64,000 nt of DNA from Octopus vulgaris (Eukaryota): contig OX597816.1 of the NCBI GenBank assembly GCA_951406725.2, forward strand, positions 179,552,001 through 179,616,000. Direction: 5' to 3'. Of the stretch, positions 25,679 through 38,668 are shown piece by piece. A model generated the notes under the pieces. It did no database searches. It had not been told where the DNA came from and saw only the letters and a list, made by a program, of their open reading frames with translations. The position numbers were made by a program, and so were the translations under genes. Positions within the stretch are counted from its first letter, which is position 1. Each line of letters opens with the position of its first letter.

Positions 25679-27227
25679 CAACAATGTACATAGTTGTTTA
25701 GTAGGTACTATAGCTGAATCCAAGCAACAATGAACATAGTTGTTTAGTAGGTACTATAGCTGAATCCAAGCAACAATGAACATAGTTGTTTAGTAGGTAC
25801 TATAGCTGAATCCAAGCAACAATGAACATAGTTGTTTAGTAGGTACTATAGCTGAATCCAAGCAACAATGAACATAGTTGTTTAGTAGGTACTATAGCTG
25901 AATCCAAGTAACAATGAACATAGTTGTTTAGTAGGTACTATAGCTGAATCCAAGCAACAATGTACATAGTTGTTTAGTAGGTACTATAGCTGAATCCAAG
26001 CAACAATGAACAGTTGTTTAGTAGGTACTATAGCTGAATCCAAGCAACAATGAACAGTTGTTTAGTAGGTACTATAGTTGAATCCAAGCAACAATGAACA
26101 TAGTTGTTTAGTAGGTACTATAGTTGAATCCAAGCAACAATGAACATAGTTGTTTAGTAGGTACTATAGCTGAATCCAAGCAACAATGAACATAGTTGTT
26201 TAGTAGGTACTATAGCTGAATCCAAGCAACAATGTACATAGTTGTTTAGTAGGTACTATAGCTGAATCCAAGCAACAATGTACATAGTTGTTTAGTAGGT
26301 ACTATAGCTGAATCCAAGCAACAATGAACATAGTTGTTTAGTAGGTACTATAGCTGAATCCAAGCAACAATGAACATAGTTGTTTAGTAGGTACTATAGC
26401 TGAATCCAAGCAACAATGTACATAGTTGTTTAGTAGGTACTATAGCTGAATCCAAGCAACAATGTACATAGTTGTTTAGTAGGTACTATAGCTGAATCCA
26501 AGCAACAATGAACATAGTTGTTTAGTAGGTACTATAGCTGAATCCAAGCAACAATGAACATAGTTGTTTAGTAGGTACTATAGCTGAATCCAAGCAACAA
26601 TGTACATAGTTGTTTAGTAGGTACTATAGCTGAATCCAAGCAACAATGAACAGTTGTTTAGTAGGTACTATAGCTGAATCCAAGCAACAATGAACATAGT
26701 TGTTTAGTAGGTACTATAGCTGAATCCAAGCAACAATGTACATAGTTGTTTAGTAGGTACTATAGCTGAATCCAAGCAACAATGAACATAGTTGTTTAGT
26801 AGGTACTATAGCTGAATCCAAGCAACAATGTACATAGTTGTTTAGTAGGTACTATAGCTGAATCCAAGCAACAATGAACATAGTTGTTTAGTAGGTACTA
26901 TAGCTGAATCCAAGCAACAATGTACATAGTTGTTTAGTAGGTACTATAGCTGAATCCAAGCAACAATGAACATAGTTGTTTAGTAGGTACTATAGCTGAA
27001 TCCAAGCAACAATGAACATAGTTGTTTAGTAGGTACTATAGCTGAATCCAAGCAACAATGAACATAGTTGTTTAGTAGGTACTATAGCTGAATCCAAGCA
27101 ACAATGTACATAGTTGTTTAGTAGGTACTATAGCTGAATCCAAGCAACAATGAACATAGTTGTTTAGTAGGTACTATAGCTGAATCCAAGCAACAATGTA
27201 CATAGTTGTTTAGTAGGTACTATAGCT
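25679..27227. repeat. 46-bp minisatellite, 33 full units plus 1 partial, highly homogeneous
   Basis: Unit caacaatg(a/t)acatagttgtttagtaggtactatagctgaatccaag. Three units have a 2-nt deletion. No unique spacers. Confidence 0.97.
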
Positions 27228-28428
27228 TCTTGATTGTTGTTTTCAACACCACCACTGGGATTGAACTTGACTGTTCAGATTTTCAATTGTTAGTGTTTTG
27301 CTCTATCCCAGAGATTGTATTGAAGTATTTTATTTATCAAATGTCCAGACATAGCTTATAAATGTTTTGGTTGTGAGATAATCCATCTGTGAGCATTGTT
27401 GCTTATTAAGGTTATCTAGAATTACATTGTCTTTCTCCTTTTCTTGTCTATTGATATTCACGATTTTCCTATTTGGTTGATCAGTAGAGCAACTTAATCA
27501 CTACTTATGTACATTGTGTTCAAATTTCATGATAAAAAAAAATGCTAATGCTTCATCTGTTGAAAACTTTTGTGTATAAGCTGGTGAGAGAGCCGTAGGA
27601 AATAGCAACCAAGCCTCCCATCTTCAGCAAAAGTATTAGATAATGCAGTCATAAATATCCCTAAATAGATTAGTTACACTTGCTCAATCAATTGACCTAG
27701 GTAGGGCTAAATGACAGGGACTTCATTATGGTGAGAATTTGTGTAAAAAAAAAAAAAATTGCATGGTCAAGATTAACCATTAATCATTTGATTGGTGAAT
27801 AGTTAGTCTGTATTTTCCTATTGTATGTGATATATGCTAAAGCCAATGGGCCTTGCCAGGAGGAGAGGAACAAAGGTCATGTAAACAGAAGGATGATTGG
27901 TGTGGGCTGGTTTTTGCTTTAGGGCTGTTGCTCATGACAGACATGATAGCTGTGGGAGTTGAGAGAATTTGCCATTAAGTTCTGGTTAGAGGTTAGGTGG
28001 GTAGGGTTCCTATAGATATATCCTAGCTGGAAAGGACTGACATTATGAGAGGACCCATGAAGTAGGTGAATTATTCCTTTTTTACCACCATAACACAGCA
28101 TACATCACTGCTTCAGTGTATGGGCTATGAACCAGAAATTGCACACTCTGGGACATGTGACAAACTGCTTTGTTTCAGTATGGCCCATGTGATCACCCAG
28201 CTGTGTGGGCAACTTGGAGCTGTGTTACCAGGGTGTATCTGGGCAACAATGTACTTCACCCTCTATGGAAGGGGTCTCTAACCAGCAGGCTGAGGATCAT
28301 TTGGTAACTATACACTGTATAGAATAAATTTTTAAATTTCATTTCTATTGACATGTAAAAAAAAAAACTAGATGCTGTGCAGGAGACTGAACTGTTTAAT
28401 GTTTGACTTTCTACTGAATCTTTTCCAG

Positions 28429-28618
28429 GTTGTGCAGTTACAGGAGACAATCAGATTTTTGTAGCTGGCGGGACATTGCGTAAGGTGAACTATCGTGGCT
28501 CCCAACCTGAAGGCTTATCCAGTAATCTTGTTATGTTTGATCAAGTTAGTGCTTCTTGGATAGTCAAGGCAAGGATGAAGAGTCCACGTACACAGTTTTG
28601 CCTCACCATTGTTGATGG
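28429..28618 (+). CDS. Kelch-like protein, coding exon 2 (Kelch repeat)
   Basis: TTTTCCAG| acceptor and |GTGAG donor; phase 1 to 2. Encodes (G)CAVTGDNQIFVAGGTLRK...MFDQVSASWIVKARMKSPRTQFCLTIVD(G). Confidence 0.92.
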
Positions 28619-28868
28619 GTGAGCTTTGATTTTTCTCTTATGTTTTATGGTTTTTTTTACCCTCTTAAATTGTTTGTGTACTCTTGTCTGTGCGTATCTC
28701 TATAGATTGTGTGTGTATGTGTGTGTGTGTGTGTGTGTGTGCATGCTTGTGTATGTGAGAGCATGTAACTCTTTATCTTAGCAAGATTTAATACAGTATA
28801 TATCCTAATCTCTATAATTTTATATAAGTGACAGAATAAATGAACTGTATACATCCCTGATTACTCAT

Positions 28869-29909
28869 GCTCATCATCATCATTGTTTAACGTCCGCTTT
28901 CTGTGCTGGCATGGGTTGGACGATTTGACTGAGAACTGGCAAACCAGATGGCTGCACCAAGCTCCAATCTGATCTGGCAGTTTCTACAGCTGGATGCCCT
29001 TCCTAACGTCAACCACTCCAAGAGTGTAGTGGGTGCTTTTATGTGCCACCGGCATGAGGGCCAGTCAGGTGGTACTGGCGACGGCCATGCTCAAATAGTA
29101 TTTGAGTGCCACCTGCGCAGGATCCAGTCCAGTGCCATTGGCAACGACCTTGCTCAAATGTTGTTTTCCACATGCCACTGGCACAAGTGCCAGTAAGGCG
29201 ACACTGGTAACAATCACACTCGAATAGTGCTTTCTATGTGCCACCGGCATGGGAGCCAGTCAGTGGCCCCGGCAACGATCATGCTCAGATGCTGCTTTTA
29301 ACGTTCCACTGTCAGGCGGTGCTGTCATTGGCCATGTCAGCGAATTTGATTTTGATTGTGATTTCACTTGCCTCAACTGGTCTTTGCAAGCAACACATAA
29401 GTAGGCTGGTTACACCACTGGCATAGGCCATGGGTTATGGTCTCACTTATTTTTCCAGGTCTTCTCAAGCACAGCATATTTCCAAAGGTCTCAGTCACTA
29501 GTCATTGCTTCAGTAAGGTCCAATGTTCGAAGGTTGTGCTGCACCACCTCATCCAAGGTCTTCCTAGGTCTGCCTCTTCCACAGATTCTCTCAACTGCTA
29601 GAGTATGACACTTTTTCACACACCTGTCCTCATCCATTCGCACCACATGACCTTACCAGCACAGTCGTCTCTCTTGCACACCACATCTGATGCTTCTTAG
29701 GTCCATCTTTTTTCTCAAGGTGCTTACACTCTGTCATGTATGTACACTGACATTACACATCCTGCAGAGCATACTGGCTTCATTCCTTGCAAGCTTACGC
29801 ATGTCCTCAGCAGTCACTGCCCATGTTTTACTGCCATGTAGCATGGCTGTTCATACATGCATCATACAGTCTACCTTTTACTCTGAGCAAGAGGCCCTTT
29901 GTCACCAGC
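28869..29909 (-). mobile_element. 5'-truncated RTE-clade LINE (RT C-terminus, 3' UTR and (ATG)n tail)
   Basis: Minus-strand remnants LVTKGLLLRVKGRLYDAC and GRGRPRKT..EVVQHNLRTLDLTEAMTSD..LWKYAVLEKT, typical of RTE C-termini. catcatcatcat tail at ~28872. Confidence 0.8.
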
Positions 29910-31264
29910 AAGGCATATTTCAGGTAGGTGGTGATATACTGAATGTTGTCTGCAAAAAATTGTTTGTGAAACAAATACCTTTTATCCAGAGTAATTCATT
30001 CTCATATAAATGAATATATAAATATACCATCATTGATAAATATTTATCCACACTTAAATGTGGATGTTTTGTGGTAGATACCATGAAACTGTATTGGCAT
30101 TTTGGTGCAAAATGCACTCTTGGTTATATCACAAGCAGGGAGATAAATCCCCACCCCAGTCCAGCACCGAGACCACCAGAGCATGTGATTTTGACCTTCC
30201 TTGGTCTTGTCAATGATAGTTGCCTGACTGCTAGAGACAGTAGTGATTCACACTCCCTACCAGTGATATATAGAAAAACCGTGGCAGAACAGGTGCTTGT
30301 GTCACAATTAGCCAGTGACCTTCTTTAAAATATATATATTAGCAACAGAGGCAATATTAATAACGAGAGGTATCATGGGGGAGATAGCAGGGATTTTTAT
30401 CTCTCCACTAGCACTATTTATATAAGTGTAATTCGTACCAACAGCCTATATTTGAGTTTCCCTCAGGGCATCTACTGCAGTTGGATTTATTCCAACAGAA
30501 CATTTTTAAGTGGGGATAAACATTGCCTCTCTGTTGTTTACTAGTTGCAGTATAAAATAACCAGCTGTACATGAGTATACATTTATTGGTGTAGGAAAAC
30601 ATTTTAGAAATTAGACATCATCTGCATGGAAAAAAAAAGAAAAAAAAAGGCAATCCATTGCATTAATGTATTCAATGTAATGACCATTAAAAGTTAATTT
30701 TAGTTGTCTTAAATGAGAAATACATTATGTATGGATGGATATACGTATCAGTAATTTGACAGCGAAGAGAATGAATTACTCTGGATAAAAGGTATTTGTT
30801 TCACTAACAATTTTTTGCAGACAACATTCAATATATCACCACCTACCTGAAATATGCCTTTCATCCTCTTATTTCTTTTATCTTGTTTTTTTCTAATATG
30901 TATTGGATATGGATTTATAATTGGGTGTAAGTTTATGTAACTATCTGCTTTAAACAAAATAAAAAGCTAATATAAAGAATATACATTTGAGGGAATAAAA
31001 ATGTTGGAACTTGAGGGATCCAAAGCCAACAATTACCTCAGTGTATGAGCATTATATTACACATCAAAAATTTACATTAAATTTACACTGAAGGAGTTTT
31101 TGCGGTCACACTACTGTTAGAAATAGCAGCCAAATCTTTTATGTTCAAGTTTGCATATTTTGATAAACTAAACTGCAAAGTTGTATTTTAATTTTAAATG
31201 ATTTCTGTAGTTTATTAAGGATGTGGATATCTAGGTATTTTGAAAATACCCCACAGTGACAGCT

Positions 31265-31363
31265 GTACCCTGCATAGCTACAAGTTGCTGTTTGGCAAGA
31301 TGTGGCACCCATTTGGCCACCCTGCCAAGGATACATCATGGGATTGCAGTATGGCTGATTGGG
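31265..31363 (+). ncRNA. Possible decayed HDV-like (nested double pseudoknot) ribozyme
   Basis: Elements occur in HDV order: P1 gtaccct, J1/2 hairpin, P2 ccca, P3 tgg, L3 ccaccctg, P3' cca, P1' aggatac, short P4, CUGA, P2' tggg. There are mismatches in P1, P2 and P1.1. Confidence 0.25.
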
Positions 31364-32541
31364 AAGTGACAGTGGAAGAGCTCAACTGAGCCTACATTGT
31401 TTCTTAATTTGATGCTGAGTGGAGTTGTCTTGGGTCCGTGGTCAGGATCACCAAGTTCTGTCAAGAGAGTAACTGCAACACATCCAAAGGAATGGTGTCC
31501 ATGGTTGCGTAATCAGTTAATGAAAGATTCACTCTGACTCAAGCTATCAATTCAAATATAAATAATAGAATTGGGTGGTGACAGTCATGGGACTCCATGC
31601 GAGCAGTGCTACTGGATGATGATGAACAGTTTATATCCTCTTTTAAAAATGTTTGTATAAAGATATTGATGCTAATATATATTTGTGTGTGTGCACGTGC
31701 ATGCGTGTGTGTGTGTGTGTGTGTGTGCGTGTGCGTGTATAAAATTATCATCATCCTTTAACATCTGTTATCCATGGAGGCTATCCTGAAGCAGGCAGAA
31801 TTGATAAATGAAATAATGGTGCCTCTGACGGCTGTACAATGAAAAACAACTTAGGAATTACTGAGAGTTGTATTGTTCAAAGGCGAGTTTGTCAGTTAAT
31901 ACTTGCTAGTCCTAAAAACAATAGGCAATAAGCAAAACCAAGAACCAGTTAATTTTACGTAACAATTTATTAGTTCCGCTGTTTGTTTCCTTTGATCCAT
32001 TGTTATTATTTGGCTATATTCCAGGATAACTATATTTCAATTGTGACTAACCATCTTTTATTCAAATTTGAAGTATCTATCATAAAATCATCCATTGTAT
32101 TTATTTGAAGACAGTGTGATTTGAATGAGATTTAGCTGCTATTCATAGTAGCTTAATCATAATCATCCTTTGTTTTCCATGCTGGCATGGGTTGGACAAG
32201 TTGGCCAGAGCTGGCCAACTGGAGAGCTGCATCGTCGGGTTCCGTTGTCTGTTTTGGCTTGGATTCCACCATTGGGGACCCTTCTTAATGTCAACCACTT
32301 TACAGTGGTTGGCATGACTGCTTACATGTAGTGCTGGCATGAGTGCTTTTTACATGTCACTGACATTCGATTCTTGCAGGCCAATCCTCTTCAACAGGGA
32401 GAGCAACATTAACACTTCTGCAGTGGAGGATGGGGTCTTCTTGCACACAGGTTTCCTTGTTGTCATCCATCATTATTTTACATGTATGGTTTTCCTATAG
32501 TTATTTAAGGTTATAATCTTATTTTCCTTTTTTGTCTTCAG

Positions 32542-32739
32542 CTACATGTACGCTATTGGGGGCCAAGATGGAACAGAAGTATTAAGCAGTGTGGAACAGT
32601 ATAATTTCCTGGCCAATGAATGGATATCTGTTGCAAGTCTTCCACAACCTCTACGCTGTCTCGCATCTGTTGCCTTTCGTGGTAATTTGTATGTATTTGG
32701 TGGTGAAAACAACGTCAAAATCAGTGACAAAGCTTACAA
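32542..32739 (+). CDS. Kelch-like protein, coding exon 3 (Kelch repeats)
   Basis: TTGTCTTCAG| acceptor and |GTAAG donor; phase 2 to 2. Encodes YMYAIGGQDGTEVLSSVEQYNFLANEW...GNLYVFGGE. Confidence 0.95.
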
Positions 32740-34679
32740 GTAAGAACCTGTGTGCTGTATAAATTTTGTTTCTGATAATGAATCTTAATATTCTCTTCAT
32801 TCCTGCATTATAGGATGGTGATTAATTCTTAGAAAGTCATGTTTGTGATGCAGTTTCATTACTCAAACGAGCCATTTCACTTAATTCATTTTAGCTACTT
32901 TATAGAATTCCTTCTCCATGAATGTTTTCTCTGAAATTGGATATAAGAACATTCATCTCATTTTCCTTGGAGTGTCTGAAAAAATCTTCATTATTAATTC
33001 AAAAATTAACAAGAAGTCTAAGAATGAATGAGGTGAACATGGTTAACCATTTGGTGCCGAAGCTTAATTTTCTACCTTAAAAAAAAAAAGAAAAGCGTTT
33101 TTATGAAATGCTGAGAGAAAAAAGATTTAAAATTTCTGTAAAAACATTGTTTCATCTCCTACGATAAAACAACCTCCCTTGCTACTGTAGTCCCAGTCGA
33201 TTGAAGTTGATATACAAGTCTTGCTAACCATGACAACCTCACTAGTGATGGTGCCATGAGTAGAGTACCCAACATTCTAAGTAAAATTGTTAGCATGAAG
33301 AGAATTCAGCTACTGAATCCCTGTCAAAGCTGATATTGGAGTAGGATGCAGTCCTCTAACCATAGAAACCTGTCAAACTACCCAATTCATGCCAACACAG
33401 ACCATGGCTCATGACACATTCATTCACTCACTCACTTGCTTGACCAAAAGTGATGGTTTTGATAGGTTAGCATTTAGTTTGTGCTTTTGCAAGTTTGTGC
33501 TATGGGTAGAAAAGAGTGAGAAATATACCATTTAGGAAAGAATCTGGCAGGTAAAGCATTTAGCCCCAGATGTTGGGAGTGAAGCAAAGTAATGCTGGTT
33601 CGAGGTAGAGATGCAGTCACATTGGAATGGGATTTGTGTTTTGGGAGTGAAGATTCGAGGAAAGAAATATTGTAGTAGAAATGGTAAATGTCTGAGAACC
33701 ATAATGGTTGAAGTAATAATGGTAGTTGTGTGGGAAGGAACAGTGTCCCAGGCTTCAATATTTGTGTCTATTCAGTTTGTGTGTGATTTCATGATTATAA
33801 ATCCTGTTTGTGGCTGAAACTAGAATCTAAACACATTCCTTTTGTGCCTTTTGATGTGTATGCACACAATAGCTTAGATGGAATGTGGATACATTCTGAT
33901 TTCCCCCACAGACAGGCTTTGTAATAGTGAAATTTATTTCAGTTTTTCTGATTCACACATTGTTGTGCATAATATACACATATGTCTTTATAAAAAGTAT
34001 TGAATGTTTATAAATATTGAATATGAACAATAGTGTTTATATAAATATACCCCTGTAATTATAATACAAAAGTTCAGCTTAACTCTCTCTACCATATCCT
34101 TTTATATGTAAAGCACAATGTAGATTATGTGTTTGCACTGAGCTCATTTATTGCACACTCGGTTATTTTAATAGTCTTATCTTATTCAAATCGTTTTTCA
34201 AATCCATCTATCATTGATAAAGGCAATCTATATTTTAGTCCTTATTGTTTTATGGGTTATTTCAATGTTGTCTATTAGGAACAGTCAGTTCACATATCAA
34301 AGAAACATTCTTCTAAATCTGTGTCCCCCACCCTGAACAATATGCAACTAAAATCTTTAAAGTTGCTACAAATGCTAGAACTTGTCTTCACTGAAGATTT
34401 TCCCTGGTGATCTTGCATCTTCAGCATAGCATAGATTGTCTTCCTATTCCAAGCCAGGAACTACCAGAAAAACGAAGGCCATGCTAAAGAATGTAATCTA
34501 AGATACACTATCTGAAAAAAACTGTATAGTCATGCCTAGAACATCTTTGGTCATAGGTTCAATTGAACAAGTCTGACCTGAGGATGTAAAGAAAATGCTT
34601 GCAAATTCAGTCTCAGTATTTGAAGACAATAGAAGTTAAAGAAGGAGTTAATAGTTTATAAAATATATTTATCAGTGTT

Positions 34680-35895
34680 AAGTCATCTAAAAAAATTTGA
34701 ACATAAGGTTTATTTTTCAATGTAGTCCCCTCTTGCAGTCCACACACTTCTTCCATCAGTGTTGAAGTGCTTGAATCCCATTGGTGGAAGAAACTTTCAT
34801 CCTGTTTGGAAAAAGTCATCAACAGCAGATATGTCATCACTGCAATACTGGTTCCTAACTAAGTGTTTTTCCATGTTGGGGGAACAGACGATATTGAAAT
34901 GGGGCCAAATCAAGAGAATTAGGAGAGTGATCAACCAGTTCAAAGCCACAGTCACACACAGCAGCCATTGAAGCGAAGGACTTGTGTGTTGGAGCATTGT
35001 TCTGACAAAACAAAACCTCTTTTGTCAGTTTTCCCGGGCGTTTGGTCTTGATTAACTTTCGTAACTATCTCAGCAAGTTGGCGTAGTAATCTCCATTGGT
35101 GATGTGGCCTTTTTGAAGATATTCAATGAACCCTATGCCTTTTGCATCCCTAAAATCTGAGGCCATCATTTTCCCTGCAGATGAAATGACCTTGGTCTTA
35201 TTTGGGGTGGATGAAGATAGGTGTTTCCACTCTCCATGGTTTGTCTCTTTGTCTCCGGCTCAAAGTGATGAAGTCAACACTCATCCTGGCTTAGGAAATG
35301 TTCAACAAAACCGGCTGGATCTGCCTGAAACAATGTCAAATTTTCCCATGATTTGATCAGGTATCAGAAGACATGGCACTCACCAAGTAGAAACCTATAT
35401 CATGCCAAGTTCATTGTGCAGAATATTCTAAATGCTCTCACAGGATATGCTAATAACGTTAGCTATTTGATTTATAGTTAATTGCCTGTCATCCATCAGC
35501 ATGTGGTGAACATGGTCAATGTTTTCCTTGATGGTACCTGTTTCAGGATGTCCAGACTGTGGCTTGTCTTCAAGAATCTGTTCCTCTCCTAAATTCAGCT
35601 GCCCACTTTTGCACTGTTGATAATGGTTGAGCATAACCCCCTAATGTAGCGACCATATCAACATGGATGTCCTTGAGGGCTAAACCATTTTTCCTACAAG
35701 TACTTAATAACACCACAATGCCGAATTTTTTCTATTTTCAAGAGAAGTTGCTACTAGTTATGTTTGAAGTCTTCTTTGAAGAGTGAAATGTCAGTTTACC
35801 TGGAAACAAACAATGCAATTTTAATAAGGGAAATGAAATTCCATAGCTCTATCATCACCTCTTCATAGTCATCCTATGAACTTTTCAGCCCACCA
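34680..35895 (-). mobile_element. Decayed mariner (Tc1/mariner) transposon
   Basis: Minus-strand remnants LEDKPQSGHP..ENIDHVHHMLMDDRQLTINQIA (HTH region), S.DLAP (YSPDLAP motif) and PNMEKHL..YCSDD.ISAVDDFF. TIR-like cctatgaacttttcagcccacc at ~35872-35894. Confidence 0.85.
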
Positions 35896-36041
35896 TAGAT
35901 TACTACTTATTCCCCCAAGGAATTCCCATTTTCCAAATTTTGATGGGCCTTTAAAATGTCAGAGCATTTTCTCTTCTCATTCAACTACCTTATGATAAAA
36001 GAACATCTTTTTATGTTCTCTTAAACTAAATTTACTTGCAG

Positions 36042-36142
36042 ATATTGTCCCAAATCCAATGTTTGGACAGAGCTACCATCTATGTCCAGTCCACGAGCAC
36101 TCTGTGGAAGTGTTGTACATAAGGATAAAATCTATGTTATAG
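36042..36142 (+). CDS. Kelch-like protein, coding exon 4
   Basis: TACTTGCAG| acceptor and |GTGAG donor; phase 2 to 1. Encodes (K)YCPKSNVWTELPSMSSPRALCGSVVHKDKIYVI(G). Confidence 0.93.
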
Positions 36143-37396
36143 GTGAGTTATAATCATTGAATATTCATCTACTAAATTTTACTCTCATGACTGAACTAGG
36201 GCTATGGCAGAAGACTTGCCCAAAATGCTGTACATTTGTATCAAACCAGAAACCCCATTGTTGCAAAGTGAATTTAATTACAGTCTTTTTGCTAGCCAGA
36301 CAAAAATAAAACTGTCATGGATGTGACTCGAAACACATGTTATTACTTATTAGGTAACTGTTACTGATTACTTCAGCCAGTGATATGGTTACTTGGTTAT
36401 GTCATTTGAGTTGTCATTAAATCTGTTTTTACTTTCATTCATCAGTAAGTGCTTAAAGTGTCTAATATTTTTTACTTGTTTCAGTCATTAGACTGTGGAC
36501 ATACTGAAGGACTTCCTTGAAAAACTTTAGTTGAATGTGTTGATCCCAGTACTATTTCTCTTTTTAAAGTCTAGTACTTATTCTATCAGTCTCTGGGACA
36601 TAAACACACTAGCACCACTTGTCAAGCAGTAGGGGAGGGGGAACAAACACTGACATGCATTTGTTGGCCTTCTTTCAGTTTCTGTCTACTAAATCCATCT
36701 ACAGGACTTTGGTTGGCTCAAGGCTATAGAAGACACTTGTCCAAGGTGCCACACAGTGGGATTGAACCCCAACCCATATGGTGGGGAAGCAAGCTTCCTT
36801 GTCATACAGCTATGTCTGTGCCTGTTTGATTATAATTTCTTGGTCTTAGCAGTTAATTCATAACAAAATATTTTTTAGCATTTTGAGAAATTTTTGCTGG
36901 CATCTCAATCCTGGGGTTTTGTCTGCTTCATTTTTTCCCTGTATTTCATGTTTGTCTATCTTTGAGAGTTGATAGAATGCGAACCAATCAAATACTGTGC
37001 TCATTATCTCTGACTAGCCTCCTCCCCTCAAACTGTTGGCCTTGTGCCAAAATTTGAAACCGTTTTTTTCACTTATGAAAAGCCTATGAGGGAACTTGTA
37101 TGTGGTTGTTTGTTCTGCTAGGAGTAGCAGCCAAATCTCCCTCAAAGTACACTGTCATCTTTGGAAAAAAAACAAAAATTGTTAGACTGGATAATCTTGA
37201 AAAATAAGATTATAGATTAGTGCTAAATTGGAGCTAAAAAAGATCAAGAGACCATTGCTATTTGAAATGATAGTGTGTGTGTGGCAGATTGTAATCATTA
37301 TAGATGTGTGTTAAACTGAATTCAGTTCTGTCTTTGCTTTACATATTCTAGTTGTGTCACATCCAAAGCTTTGCTGTCCAGCAAGTTAGAATTTAA

Positions 37397-37604
37397 CCCT
37401 TTAGCATTCAGATTACTCTATCAAATGCAATGTTTACTTATTCACACATTGTTTTGAATTAATCCTGCATTATCTTGTAGCTTCAAGATTTCAATGATGT
37501 GATCATACAGTTTTAGAATGACATTGTAGGGTAGGTGTGAGAGGCTAGATCTAGCCAGTTTTTAACATAAAACTGGTAAAATGTTTTGGCTAGATATGGC
37601 TGGG
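37397..37604. mobile_element. Short piggyBac-type MITE (TTAA-CCC end)
   Basis: ttaa-ccctttagcatt...gggttaa. A second copy lies in the opposite orientation at ~46812-47000 and a fragment at ~3810-3900. Confidence 0.6.
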
Positions 37605-38530
37605 TTAAATATATATTTTTCTATTTCAAAGAAAGGTTTATGGGAAAATTTGTCTGGTAAATTGGGTGGTCAAATTTGATGGATTTTTCTTTACTGGTCC
37701 TATTTTTTTACCTCTGCGTGGTAAAACACTAACACTCCTATACAATTCACCTCTGTTTATTCATATTGTCCCAGGCATGGCTGTGTAGTAAGAAGCTTAC
37801 TTCCTGGTTCAGGAAGGGTTTTCTATATCCTCTGACCAACCAAAGCCTTGTGAGTGAGTTTAGTAGATGGAATCTGAAAGAAGCCTCTGTGTGTGTGGGT
37901 GTGGGTCTTTGTTTCTGTCCCTACTCTCACTACTTGACAACCAGTGTTAGATCAGCAAAAGAGACCAATAGAATAAGTACCAGGCTTTAAAAAAATGTCC
38001 TGGTGTCAAATTGTTCAACTAAAACCTTTCAAGGCAGTGCCCCAGCACAGCCACAGTCAAATTACTGAAACAAGTAAAAGATGAGATGAGATCTTACCAT
38101 ACCTAGAGTTAAACGTCTAATTTAGTACCTGCATGACCTTTTTGGTACAAATACAGATTAGTTAAACAGCAGTTAATACCTTCAGCTACTAAACATTCTC
38201 CCTCAATTTCTATAAACACTTGGTCTGCTAGAAATAGTTGCCAAAACTCTTTTGACTTGTATCCTACTGTTTTTCAAATAAAACATTGAATAATACTGTA
38301 TCATTGAATAATGATACAGTAAACTTGAATGAAAGACTAGATTGTTTAGGTTTGCTTTAAAAAAAAAATTAGGCCTGCTAAATCAGCACTGACTCAGATA
38401 ATTACAAATACTTGAATTTCTAGAAGCATTCCATCCATACCAAAGAGGTTGACAAGTTTGATCATTGTCATTTTATATAATTCATAATTTGACTTGTATT
38501 AACAATTGGATTCAATTTGTTTATCTTCAG

Positions 38531-38668
38531 GAGGCAATGCTGCTGTTAGCGAAAAGTGGCGAAGGGAATTCATTCCAGAACACTGTGTTAGTTCTGTGGA
38601 AATCTTTGATCCAGAGACAGAATCGTGGTCAATGGGGCCTGAATTACCAAATGCATTATGTGGAGCTG
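38531..38668 (+). CDS. Kelch-like protein, coding exon 5
   Basis: TTATCTTCAG| acceptor and |GTATG donor; phase 1 to 1. Encodes (G)GNAAVSEKWRREFIPEHCVSSVEIFDPETESWSMGPELPNALCGA(G). Confidence 0.93.

Noticed and set aside
25679-27227. CRISPR array
   Set aside because: The units are contiguous with no unique spacers, there are no cas genes, and the context is a eukaryotic intron.
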